The notes under the pieces: generated by a model
Databases searched by the model: none
What the model was told of the DNA's origin: nothing
Seen by the model: the letters and a program-made list of their open reading frames with translations, nothing else
Made by a program: the position numbers and the translations under genes
Part shown: piece by piece, positions 50,757 to 62,070 of the stretch
Layout: each line of letters starts with the position of its first letter
Position numbering within the stretch: the stretch's first letter is position 1
Origin: Felis catus
Lineage: Eukaryota
Direction: 5' to 3'
DNA: 64,000 nucleotides
Assembly: GCF_018350175.1 (NCBI RefSeq)
Contig: NC_058372.1
Location: 3,720,001-3,784,000, forward strand

Positions 50757-50954
50757 TTTTATAGCCATTTCCTGGGGAGCAAACCCGGTTGCCTGATTGG
50801 CTAGTAACGAGTCTCAGTCAAGTAGCCAATAGAAAAGCTTTATTTCCATACCTCATTTGCATAGTTCTGCCCATGGATGACAGCCTCACGGCTGGTCTTC
50901 CAATGAACTAAGACGCGGTCTGCATCCTTCATTAGCATAAAAGCCCTATAAGTA
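50757..50954. promoter_or_regulatory. H2A/H2B bidirectional promoter
   Basis: Minus TATAAAA 50757-50763; CCAAT at 50796 (minus), 50826 and 50900; octamer ATTTGCAT 50855-50862; variant ATTAGCAT 50931-50938; plus TATAAGTA 50947-50954. Confidence 0.9.
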
Positions 50955-51007
50955 GCAGACATTCGCTTCCTGCTTTCACTCCACTTCTGGCGTTCTGAGG
51001 TTTTAAG

Positions 51008-51388
51008 ATGCCNNNNNNNNNNNNNNNNNNNNNNNNNNNNNNNNNNNNNNNNNNNNNNNNNNNNNNNNNNNNNNNNNNNNNNNNNNNNNNNNNNNNNNNN
51101 NNNNNNNNNNNNNNNNNNNNNNNNNNNNNNNNNNNNNNNNNNNNNNNNNNNNNNNNNNNNNNNNNNNNNNNNNNNNNNNNNNNNNNNNNNNNNNNNNNNN
51201 NNNNNNNNNNNNNNNNNNNNNNNNNNNNNNNNNNNNNNNNNNNNNNNNNNNNNNNNNNNNNNNNNNNNNNNNNNNNNNNNNNNNNNNNNNNNNNNNNNNN
51301 NNNNNNNNNNNNNNNNNNNNNNNNNNNNNNNNNNNNNNNNNNNNNNNNNNNNNNNNNNNNNNNNNNNNNNNNNNNNNNNNNNNNNNNN
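51008..51388 (+). CDS. H2BC4: Histone H2B (N-masked; end inferred; H2BC4/HIST1H2BC as divergent partner of H2AC6)
   Basis: ATG CC- at 51008, 388 Ns, stem-loop and HDE; head-to-head with H2AC6. Confidence 0.82.
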
Positions 51389-51424
51389 NNNNNNNNNNNN
51401 AGCGCCCTCTTACCCAACCCCAAA

Positions 51425-51466
51425 GGCTCTTTTCAGGGCCACCCACATGTCCACTAAGAGAGCTGT
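51425..51466 (+). terminator. Histone stem-loop (G-U variant) and HDE of H2BC4
   Basis: GGCTCTTTTCAGGGCC 51425-51440; AAGAGAGCTGT 51456-51466. Confidence 0.95.
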
Positions 51467-53534
51467 AATCAAACACTTGAGTTTGCATGGGGGGAGCTAA
51501 GCTAGCAAGATGTTTACCTTATGGTATTATACGTTAGGAAAAGCCATTGCACATGTAGGAGTAAATAGGTTTTTTGTTTTCTCCTTAACGGTACTAAGAG
51601 ACGGAAATGAAGGTGATACTACGCACTGCCGAATTTTATGTGCCAAATGTTATATTCCATTACTCTGCTCCGGGGAGTTTTCAATGAAAACGCATGCTGT
51701 CTCAGGTCCGTGCTGTCTGCCTTAGGCGACTCCCAACCTTAATAGGTGGCTGGTAGCTTGTAGTTAGGATCCGCATACTGCTGTAGAAGACGCCTGGTCA
51801 AAACTGCTGGGTAACTTGACTCCAAGGAGTGAACTGAAGGCAAGCAAGTACTAGGGGCGGAGAAAGGAAGGTGGGTCGACGGGAAGGACGCCATTGAACT
51901 TGGCATACTCGGTCTCCCAATAGGGAACCTTCCGGTACCAGATACCGCAGGCAGTCTGTGGGGAAATTCCACTTAAAGCACTTCACTCCTGGACTTTGCT
52001 CCAGGCAAAAGTTTTAAGGTGTAAAAAGCGCTTTCTACGTTTGTTTTACTCAAGTCACACGTTTCAGTACCGAGTGGCCAAGTTTGCTTTTTCCATTAAA
52101 AACATGGGAGGGTACAGGGAATAAACTTTGTTACAAAGGACACAAAGACCTGTACAATTTCGGATAAAACGCAGGACAGTGGCAGACGCTGGTCACACTA
52201 GCTCCTCAGCCAAACGCGAAGGTTTCCTGAGTCCTTCAGCAACTGAAATTGGATTTTTTTAATTCTCCTATGTGCCTATTGAGCCTGCTTAAGGACTGAT
52301 GGTCCAGTCCAGACTGACCACCTGTCAACGAATCAGGTTACCCCCAAAACGTGCAAGTTCACTATTACCAGGTTGACTACAAGGGGTTGTTTGTTGTTTG
52401 TTTGCGTTCTTGTTTTTCTCCGTCGCTTCTCCCCTTTTTCTCTTATATAAATTCTGGTCTGCCTTTGTTGGATGAAATAATTCTATAGTTTGTTCTCCCT
52501 TCTATACAAGTGAAGGGCAGGCTACTCATAAACTACCTGACCATTTATTTCTGAAGGTTCCACTAAGATGTTGTTTACCTAAGTCCTACCATAGGAATCA
52601 ATAGAAATGTGTGACCTGGAAAGGAACCTTGTCCAGCCCTGGGCTGTTGGGAGTTTTATGCTTACCTTCCTTTGGTGCTTGCAGGCTGCAACGTATTCTT
52701 GCCCAAAGTTGTTTCTTATTTTGGCTTTTCCTGATTGCCCTTTGCAGATCGGGTACACCCTGCTGGCTTTATGTCAGATCGTGAAGAGATTAGTTGGTGG
52801 CAAAGGACAGGGAATCTGAAGTCTAGATCATTTGTTAATTTTTCTGGGGTTGATTGTGTTTATGTACTATTTGTTCTTATAATTCTCTGGCATTTGAGAA
52901 CACACCAACAGGAAGTTGGTCTTTTCTTTCTGGCCTTTAATGTGATTCCCTGGGTTTGGTGTTTTATGTTTGTATGCTGTGGATTCCTGAAACTAAAGAT
53001 AAGAGTCTCTTTCCTCCTTTCCAAACGTTCTTTTCTTGTGTTTTCTCCTTACATATCCAAATAGTTGTCAGTATCTGCAAAAACAGCATTCCTGCTTCCA
53101 AGATAATGCAAACACACACTGGCAATCCGTAGTTAACTTTTGACTTTAAGAAAGCGGTTAGGCCTTACAGGAGACTAATGACAAGAAAGAAAACAAGTTA
53201 ACCAAATCTCCAGCGTGCAAAGGCCTGTCTCTTGCGAGGCAGAAGCCTCTGAAGTTTATGATTCAGCAACACAAAATTATTGTCCCTTCGGGCTTTTCAA
53301 GGTTAGAGAGAAGAGAGAAGAAACATGGTATCATAAATCACACTACTGAGTCGGACCAAAAGTGAAGGGTTCCGATACCTTTTTTTGAGAATATTTTCTG
53401 TTTTGTGAATACAAATGATTTCGAGCAAGTTGTCTACTCTACCTCAGCAGGGGATCAGTAAATTACAGTGGAAACTTATTTACATTTTCAAGGGCTTATA
53501 TAAAGAATGAAAGACACAATTGAACGCAAGAGAA

Positions 53535-53880
53535 ACTAGGAGCTAGACAGTATAACGCTAGAGGAAATAAGTCAGAGAAAGACAAATGCCCTATGATTTC
53601 ACACGTATATGGAATTTGAGAAACAAAAGGAGCAAAGGGAAAAAAGAGAGAGAGGGGCAAGCCAAGAAATGGATTCTTAACTATAGAGAGCATACTGAGG
53701 ACTGTCAGAGGGGAGGTTGGGGGGTGGGGGTGTGTGTGCTAAATGGATGGTGGGGGTTAAGGAGGGCACTTGTGAACAGCCCCTGGTGATGCATGAAAAT
53801 GTTGAATCCCTGTCGTGCTCCTGAAACTAATATTACGCTGTATGTTAACTAACTGCGACTTAAATAAAAACTTAAAAAAG
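53535..53880 (+). mobile_element. Carnivore L1 3' end (L1_Carn-type)
   Basis: aaataagtcagagaaagacaaatgccctatgatttcac...cctgaaactaatattacgctgtatgttaactaac...aaataaaaacttaaaaaag. Confidence 0.88.
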
Positions 53881-53989
53881 AGAAACTCAAATCAAAATAA
53901 ACGTTCTCCCAATGTTTTAAGTGTGCTGCCCCTTTAAACTATAATTCAGAGAAAACAGAAAAGTTTAACTGTGAATTTAGTGGTTTCAT

Positions 53990-54223
53990 TTATTTATTTA
54001 TTTATTAAAAAAATTTATTTTAATGTTTATTTATTTTTGAGAGAGACAGAGACAGAATGCAAGTGGGTTGGGGCAGAGAGAGAGGGAGGCACAGAATCCA
54101 AAGCAGGCTCCAGGCTCTGAGCTGGCAGCACAGAGCCCAACCCGGGGCTTGAACTCACGAACTGGGGGATTGTGACCTGAGCCAAAGTTGGATGCTTAAC
54201 CCACTGAGCCAGCCAGGTGCCCC
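53990..54223 (-). mobile_element. SINEC_Fc-type SINE, TSD ttagtggttt
   Basis: Typical body. Confidence 0.92.
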
Positions 54224-54490
54224 AAGTTAGTGGTTTTAGTTAAGAGGTTATAGGATAAGAAACAAAACAGAACTCTATCATTTTTGAACAACTTAACATT
54301 TTTAGTTCATGATATGTAATTGTATAGGAAAATAGCACATATTTTTAATGAAGTAACTTTTTGGATACATTCATTGGCTTCACACTTTTGCTTTAGAAAT
54401 GGCTCTTTGTCTTTTTCTTTGTTATTGTCATGATGTAAAAATAACATTAGTATGATATTCTAGTTCACACAAGTCTAGGGTTTATTTTCT

Positions 54491-55051
54491 TTTTTTTTCA
54501 TTTTATTTATTTTTTTTAATAGGAGATTTATTGTCAAATTGGTTTCCATACAACACCCAGTGCTCATCCCAACAGGTGCCCTCCTCAATGCCCATCACCC
54601 ACCCTCCCCTCCCTCCCACCCCCCACCAACCCTCAGTTTGTTCTCAGTTTTTAAGAGTCTCTTATGGTTTCCCTCCCTCCCTCTCTTTTTTTTTTCCCTT
54701 CCGCTCCCCCATGGTCTTCTGTTAAGTTTCTCAGGATCCACATAAGAGTGAAAACATATGATATTTTCTCTGTATGACTTATTTCACTTAGCATATCACT
54801 CTCCAGTTCCATCCACGTTGCTACAAAAGGCCATATTTCATTCTTTCTCATTGCCACGTAGTATTCCATTCTGTATATAAACCACAACTTCTTTATCCAT
54901 TCATCAGTTGATGGACATTTAGGCTCTTTCCCTAATTTGGCTATTGTTGAAAGTGCTGCTATAAACATTGGGATACAAGTGCTCCTGTGCATCAGCACTA
55001 CTCCTGTATCCCTTGGGTAAATTCCTAGCAGGGCTGTTGCTGGGTCATAGG
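54491..55051 (-). mobile_element. Young felid L1 (L1_Fc-type), 5'-truncated, about 560 bp, 15-bp TSD
   Basis: TSD tagggtttattttct at 54476-54490 and 55052-55066; ORF 54651-54998 resembles the ORF2 C-terminus (CIPMFIAALSTIAKLGKEPKCPSTDEWIKK). Confidence 0.95.
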
Positions 55052-55066
55052 TAGGGTTTATTTTCT

Positions 55067-55073
55067 AAAAAAA

Positions 55074-55133
<60 letters not shown>

Positions 55134-55135
55134 AA
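55067..55135. repeat. (GAAA)n microsatellite
   Basis: Direct reading. Confidence 0.95.
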
Positions 55136-55607
55136 CCCTAATTAATTTGAACTTATTAAATTTCTTCCAGTAGGTTTACTGGTTAGAAGAGTTAAGATCA
55201 CTTTATTTAAAATTACACATCTGTAAATTACACACTGAACTAAATTAAATCATAATCGATAATATTTTTAAAACAGTTAATGTTCATAATGTTGCATACA
55301 AATCACAAAAGCTCAGCGTGTCAGCTTAAATGCTGAATTCACAACCTATACATAACTGTAAGAATTTTAAGGCATATTAAATTGAGTATTTAAATGCCTA
55401 ATCTTTGGATACCTGGACAATTTCTGAATTAGAGGGTACAAAATATGCATCCCTAAAAACAATTTGGTCTATGCAAGGCTCTTATTTTTACACAGTTGAG
55501 AATGACCCTAGATTTACAAGTTAGAGAATGCGGAGATACCTTAGGAGAATGGGAGTAGATATATTCGCTTATTTTTGCCAGGAGAGAACACAATCACCTG
55601 GTTCTTT

Positions 55608-55803
55608 TTTTTTTTTTTTAAGGTTTATTTATTTTTGAGAGAGAGAGAAAGCAATCAGGGGAGGGGCAGAGAGAGAGAGGGAGGCGCAGAATCCAAAGCA
55701 GGCTCCTGGCTCTGAGCTGTCAGCACAGAGCTTGATGTGGGCCTTGAATCCACGAACCCTAAGATCGTGACCAGAGCTGAAGTCAGATGCTTAACTGAGC
55801 CAC
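55608..55803 (-). mobile_element. Can-SINE
   Basis: Typical body; TSD cacctg(g/c)ttctttt. Confidence 0.9.
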
Positions 55804-56600
55804 ACCTGCTTCTTTTAAGGGCTGTTATTAACACACAGAGTTCTGATCCTATTAAGTATTACAGCTGTAGAAAGACACAAATATGCACACAAGATCATGG
55901 CTGTATTTATTACGGTAACAAATGGAAGTTGGTACCGTTTGTTAACGTAGTAAATTCAGCTTAATATGTGTTTTATGCGTGCTGATTATTTAAATATACT
56001 TCAGAAGTGAAGTTAAAGGCTTTGAATTGATCATTATAGACTTTATCATTATATTTATCTATGGTATGGGTATATCTAAAAACACATGCACAGGAAGGTT
56101 TATGAGGATTCATTAAAAACATAAGCAAAAAACACTACAAGAAAGAGAAAAATTCAGGATTCAAATGGAACTTTCAATATATTGTCTCTCTGCCAAGTGT
56201 GAGATAATTTTCAACAAAAGTGCTTCGTATCAAAGAACCTGCTCCCATCACTTTATGCTGTGTTTTACAGGGCACTCTAAAATATGACTGCAACCATTTC
56301 CCCATTTTTATATACCTATGATTTATGGTTACGTCTTAATGTAATAACCAGTTTGCTCTGACAAGTTTATTTTTCACCGTCCCAGATTCAAGCTCTGACT
56401 ACAGATCAAAACACCAAAAAGATTTCTTTTACACTGGGCCTTGTTTGACAGCCATTGGGTAACCAACGATTTATTCCCTCCACTTAATGAGAGGAGGGAC
56501 GATAAAATAATTAGGTGTGTTTGGTATTTTTCAAATATTGACTGCCAAATCACTGCTTGGTCTGCTTTTTATATAATTCTTAAATTTTCTTGTCTTCACA

Positions 56601-56636
56601 TTTTTTTTGAATGTTTATTTATTTTTGAGAAAGAGG

Positions 56637-56682
<46 letters not shown>

Positions 56683-56841
56683 AGGTGGGGGAGGGGCAGA
56701 GAGAGAGGGAGACAGAGTCCAAAGCAAGCTCCAGGCTCTGAGCTGTCAGCACAGATGGTGATGTAGGGCTTGAACTCACAGCCATGAGATCATGACTCAA
56801 GCTGAGGTCAGGCGCTTAACCAACTGAGCCACCTAGGAACC
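56601..56841 (-). mobile_element. Can-SINE with long (GA)n
   Basis: Typical body; TSD aattc(t/c)taaattttc. Confidence 0.9.
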
Positions 56842-57052
56842 TTGAATTCCTAAATTTTCCAGTCTAAACCCAGCTTCCCAACCTCTTGATGAGGGTAAAT
56901 CATATAACTTTGTAACAACTGTTCTCACACTAAGCTCGTTTTGTGCCGGTTTGTCTGATGTCCCACCCTGATTACAATTTTGACACATTATTTGGTAGTT
57001 AATTGTTTCTGAAGAGTAATCCGGGTAGATTTTTACTGTTATGTTTTAATTT

Positions 57053-57168
57053 TTTTTTATATGAAATGTATTGACAAATTGGTTTCCATACAATACCCAG
57101 TGCTCATCCCAAAAGGTGCCCTCCTCAATACCCATCACCCACCCTCTCCTCCCTCCCACCCCCCATCA
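57053..57168 (-). mobile_element. Very short L1_Fc-type 3' stub (about 116 bp) with 16-bp TSD
   Basis: TSD tgttatgttttaattt at 57037-57052 and 57169-57184; same 3' end as the L1 at 54491. Confidence 0.92.
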
Positions 57169-57430
57169 TGTTATGTTTTAATTTAACTGTTCCCTATCAT
57201 CAATAATTCAGTGGGGGGAGGATAATTACTCATGAGAGGAAAAGGAAGAACTAAAGAAAGTCTGAGTAGTTACAATTAAAGGTAATGCTAAAGAAAATAC
57301 CCCAACTGCAGTGTGAAAAACAGCCCTTAACGTTTTCATCACCATCAATACTATAACAACAATTTTCTAGTTTGATTTCTGAAAATAAAATCAAATATAA
57401 CCGGCCCCTCAATAAAAATTGACTATCACA

Positions 57431-57644
57431 GGGGCGCTTGGGTGGCTCAGCCAGTTAAGTGTCCGACTTTGGCTCAGGTCATGATCTCACGGTTCATGGG
57501 TTCGAGCCCCGCATCGGACTCTGTGCTGACAGCTCGGAGCCTGGAGCCTGCTTCGGATTCTGTGTCTCCCTCTCTCTCTGCCCTCCCCTGCTTGCACTCT
57601 GTCTCTGTGTCTCTCTAGAATAAATTAACACTAAAAAAATATTG
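57431..57644 (+). mobile_element. SINEC_Fc-type SINE with 16-bp TSD
   Basis: TSD aaaattgactatcaca at 57415-57430 and 57645-57660. Confidence 0.95.
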
Positions 57645-58401
57645 AAAATTGACTATCACAAATCTCTCACACTCTTGTATAGCCCCACCATCTCCAGACT
57701 TTACAGTCATGTAACAAAAAAATAACTCCCATGACAAGCACAAACCAGTTCAAATTTTACAAATATGTTGATTAGGCCAAAGACGTGACAAGTGATTGAA
57801 TCTCACCTTATTTATAATTAATATAAATTGCAAAACTATAAAGGTGGGGCAAGGCTGCAACAGCCACCTTAAGAACCACATTAACGAATCAATTTCATGT
57901 TATTGTTAAAATTTGTGGATTTTTCCCCACATGGTAATGCCTTTACTATTTGTGAATGATAAAAAGATCATAGGTAAAATACCTTCAAAAATCTGTATAA
58001 AACTATTCATATTGGACATCTGTCCATATCATCCCCCATCTACTGAGAAGATAATACGAGAGAATTTAAAGTAAAATTTGCCCCAAACAACTTAAACTTA
58101 TGGTGCCAAAATTTTACTCTTTCCCCTAATAATAATGATAACGTGTCCACCCCTGAAGATTCTCATAAATTCTTATCATTTGAGATTGTACCAAAAGATC
58201 CGTGTGGCTTGGTTTCTCTTCTCTTTTGACATGTTTTGCTTTGGGGTGTTCTGATGTTGTTGTATATTATGAATAACTAATTGCTATTCATACACTATCA
58301 TAATTGAGCAAATGGAAGTTACCTTTGAAAAGATGTCACCACACACACTTCTACAAAATATACAGTTACAGACTATATTCAAAGAGACTTCAAGAAGTGT
58401 C

Positions 58402-58768
58402 TCGCTGTGACATCTGTCACCCCACTGCTGGCCAGGGTTGATTTGGCTGGTCTGGCTGGCTAGGCTGGCATCCCCCTTCCTCCCTCACCACTCCATGTGA
58501 GTCCCTTCCGGGGCTGTGCTAGGTCGGAGAGGATGACTTTCCCCGATACAGGAGGGCCATTCTGTGGTCAAAGGTACAGGAGTAGCTGTGCTCTCCCACC
58601 AGAATCTCCCAACATGCTCTCAAGGTCCATGTGTAAGAGGAAGTAGGGGACTCAAGCTTCCAAGATTCCAGTTACGTCCATATGAGGCTCTGCATGTGGC
58701 AGTCTGCCTTTCTAAAAAATAAAATAAAACAAAATAAAATAAAATAGTAATGTAAAATAAAATCAAAT
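58402..58768 (+). pseudogene. 7SK snRNA processed pseudogene (about 18 nt 5'-truncated, A-rich tail)
   Basis: Collinear with 7SK from gctgtgacatctgtcaccccac to catgtggcagtctgcctttct (58713), followed by (AAAAT)n; TSD agaa(g/a)tgtc; many CpG-to-TpG changes. Confidence 0.95.
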
Positions 58769-60024
58769 AGAAATGTCAGCTTTATAGCAATGGTAGAAAA
58801 GGCCATCTGCAGGACTTCTAACTAAAAACATTGTTTTTACGCTCCAGGACAGAAGGATATTTGATTCTCAGTGCAGACATATGTAGAATCTCACCACTTT
58901 GGTATAAATTCCTATTGGAAACACAATCCGAGACTCATTAAAAACTCTCCAGAATTCTGGAAATAGGAAGCTTGCTCTTATGATTCTACAGGTCAAGATG
59001 AGATCTAGAGTCGACCGTTTCTTCCTTTTTCCTCCTCTTTGTTTTGCCTTTTCCTCCAGTATCCGTCTTTCCAACAATTCGACTTTGGATTTGGTCTTCC
59101 TCAGTATAGAATAGAATAGAATAGAATAGGATTCCTCAGAGCCTAGACCTCCATACCTTGGCTAAAATTTCCTAAACGAGAATGAGTACTTCTGACTGTG
59201 GCTCAAATTACAATTGAAATAATCAAGAAAAATGATACATGTTTAACTAAAATATATCAGAATGATCTTTGAGAACTATTCTAAGACAAGCCAGTTAAAC
59301 ACTTGGAGACTACCTTGACTTCAAATACTTATACGTGTGTGATTGCTCTCATACCTTTTTTGACCAAAGTCAAAAGTGGGGGAGTTGAGAAATTCCTGTG
59401 CCAGAAATGGTGGAGACATGGCCTACCCAAGACGGAGGTGCTGACTGAGGGTTGGAGGAATATTCTATGCAGAGACAGCCTGTCCTGTGCTCCACAGACA
59501 ATCTTGAGAGTTTCTGAAGAATCGCTAATTATTTTCTTTGAAAGTCCTCCTTGGTCTGTGTAAGAACAGATTGTCCAGACTAAAAATAATGCACAAACGT
59601 AACATCCTGTTCTTACTCTGCAGGCTTTTTCTCCCCCCGTCTCTGTTATAGAATCATCTTTTTTGACTTTGTTGGATGAAATCAATGTATTGCTTTGTAC
59701 GCAGGAAAACAGCCGGCTAGTAATTACCCAAATGTCTTTGAGTTTCTGTTTGACAAACCTACCACTCTGAGCCTCTGGGTGGTAATAATTGCTTACTCAT
59801 GAAGCTGGGGTGAGGATTAAATGAAACAGGAAATATAAAGCACTCGTCCCAGGGACGGTATCATGGCAGTAAAATAGCTCCATGGTGAAAAAAGCATAGC
59901 GTCTGGAGACAGAACCTCCAGGTTTGACCCCCCCAACTCCCTACTTATTAACTGTGAGACTGAGGCAAATCCTCATCTCATCTGTGTGCCTCAGTGTCCT
60001 CATTTGTGTCTTTTTTGTTAATTA

Positions 60025-60131
60025 TTATTTTTTTTAATTTTAAGTATGCTCCATGCCCAACACGGGGCTTGAACTCATGACCCCGAGATCAAGAGTCACA
60101 TGCTCTACTAACTGAGCCAGCCAGGCACCCC
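60025..60131 (-). mobile_element. Short old Can-SINE (tRNA-derived head only)
   Basis: cttgaactcatgaccccgagatcaagagtcacatgctctactaactgagccagccaggcacccc, nested in a MIR. Confidence 0.85.
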
Positions 60132-60309
60132 TGGCCTCGCTGGTGTCTTGAGGATGATGGTAATAGCGTCTACCTTCTAGATGTTTGTGGAGATTAAAGA
60201 TCTTTAATGCACAGAAAGCACTTTTGAAGAGTGCCCGGCACATGGTAGGTGCTCAGTGTCTGCTGATATTTGACAAATTTCATGTATAGCTTTTTTTATA
60301 CCCCTAAAG

Positions 60310-60625
60310 GGACCTAAGGCAGATTATGATGATCTTGGTAAAAGCCGGTTTTTCATAAATCGGGAATTTCACAAGTGATCTGATATAAAAAGAATGCCAA
60401 CCGATTTCACCATGTTTTACCCTGGTCCAATAGGTTGAAAGCAAATGCAGTCCCCCACCACACCCCATATTTAATGACCTCTCTAGGCCTCTTCCTAAGG
60501 GCATAAAGAATGATCCCCGCATTTCTCTGGAGTCTTCCAGATTTGGAAAGGTGTGTAGATTCAGCACTTTGCTAAGTAGTCCCAGATGTCCTAAATTAAA
60601 AGGCATTAAACGTTAGTTTTTCCAA
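60310..60625 (+). other. Candidate non-coding terminal exon for a spliced H2BC4 isoform
   Basis: TTGAC branch-like site, tttttttataccccTAAAG acceptor (AG 60308-60309), tandem ATTAAA at 60595 and 60605. Confidence 0.3.
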
Positions 60626-61789
60626 ACTTTCACCCTGGGCCATCCTGGATGACCAAGCGGAAAAAGAAAGGGGGCCGAATATACATCTGCCGGTGACCTT
60701 TCCTGCAAGATATTCTAGGCTCGGATGAAAATGTCTAGACTCTGCCAATCAGCTTGACATCTTCAAGCACTGTGGGTTCATTATAATTTAAGGAGAAGAG
60801 AGTAAATCTGGAAAATGAGCTACTTTTTGAGTGAGGAAGAGGAAGGCTTTGGTTGGCTCAGTTGAAGACTTAGGTAGCTTTATCATCCGGTAAGCAATTT
60901 GCATTGTAGTTGATAGAAAGGCCTGTTTCTTTCTGCTATGGTTTTTCGTGGTGTTAGATGTCCCAGCTGTTGGCTCTGACAGGACAAAGGAACAGCAGTG
61001 GCGGGGCTGGTCTCATCGAGGAGCAGACAGACGTACCTAGAGGAGGCAATACTGGCGTGAAACCTTGACCTCATCCCTTAGACTAAACTTGTCTTCTGAC
61101 CCTCTCAAGTGCTCCAAGTAAAAGACTTGCCTTCAAAAGCCACAAGGATAAACCTTTGTTCTCATTCTTTTCTCCCTCCTCTTCACTTTCTCCTTTATTT
61201 TCTTTTCCTTTATTTTTCTTTTCCCTTTTCTCCTCGGTTATTTCTTATTGGCCCAAACTCCGCTGTGGGACAGCATACAAAAACACAAAAATACTGAAGA
61301 TGGAAATGTGCCCCTTTTACTGCCGGACTTGCTTAAATAGCTGTGGCGAGAGATAGTGGGTGCTAGGTTTGAAAACACACACACATTTGGGCTTTAGGGC
61401 ACTGAAATAAATATAGTTTTTACGGCTGAGAAAAGTCAATGAAATCGTGTATTTAAGAATCGTACCGAGATGGTGCAGCTTCTCAGACCGCGAAGGGAAG
61501 GGAAGCTGCTAGGCGGGAGGGTGGGTCAGTGATACCTGGCGGGCGTCAGGGTGAGGGCTTTGGGGAAGGTCTGGGAGAGTGCTCAGGGGTCTTGATTGTC
61601 AGGGTTAGAGCTGGAACTTGGCCCAGTCAGTTCTAAACATAAATAAGACTGAATGGATTTTTCCTATATTCTTTTATATATGTGTGTGTGTGTGTATTTA
61701 GGGCATACATACGCTTTTATATTTATATATATTTAGAGCTTATATATGCATACACACACACACACACACACAGACACATACATATGTTT

Positions 61790-62070
61790 CAAACATGTTT
61801 AGGTGTACAACAAAATTGAGAGGGGGGTACAGATTTCCATATACCCCGAGTCCCCACACGTGCGTAGCCTCCCACCTTAGCAACATCATTCACCAAAATG
61901 GCACTCTTTTGGATGACCCTACACCGGCATATCACAATCGCGCGGGGACCATAGTTGGCCATTGCGGTTCCCTCTTCGTCGTGTACATTCTGTGCGTTCG
62001 GACAAATGTGTCATGACATCCACCCATCATTATAATATCACACAGAGGCTTTTCACTGCCCTAAAATGAC
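61790..62070 (-). mobile_element. L1MB-type 3' end
   Basis: ttttaggtgtacaacaaaattgagaggggggtacagatttccatatacc...ttttcactgccctaaaa. Confidence 0.8.
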
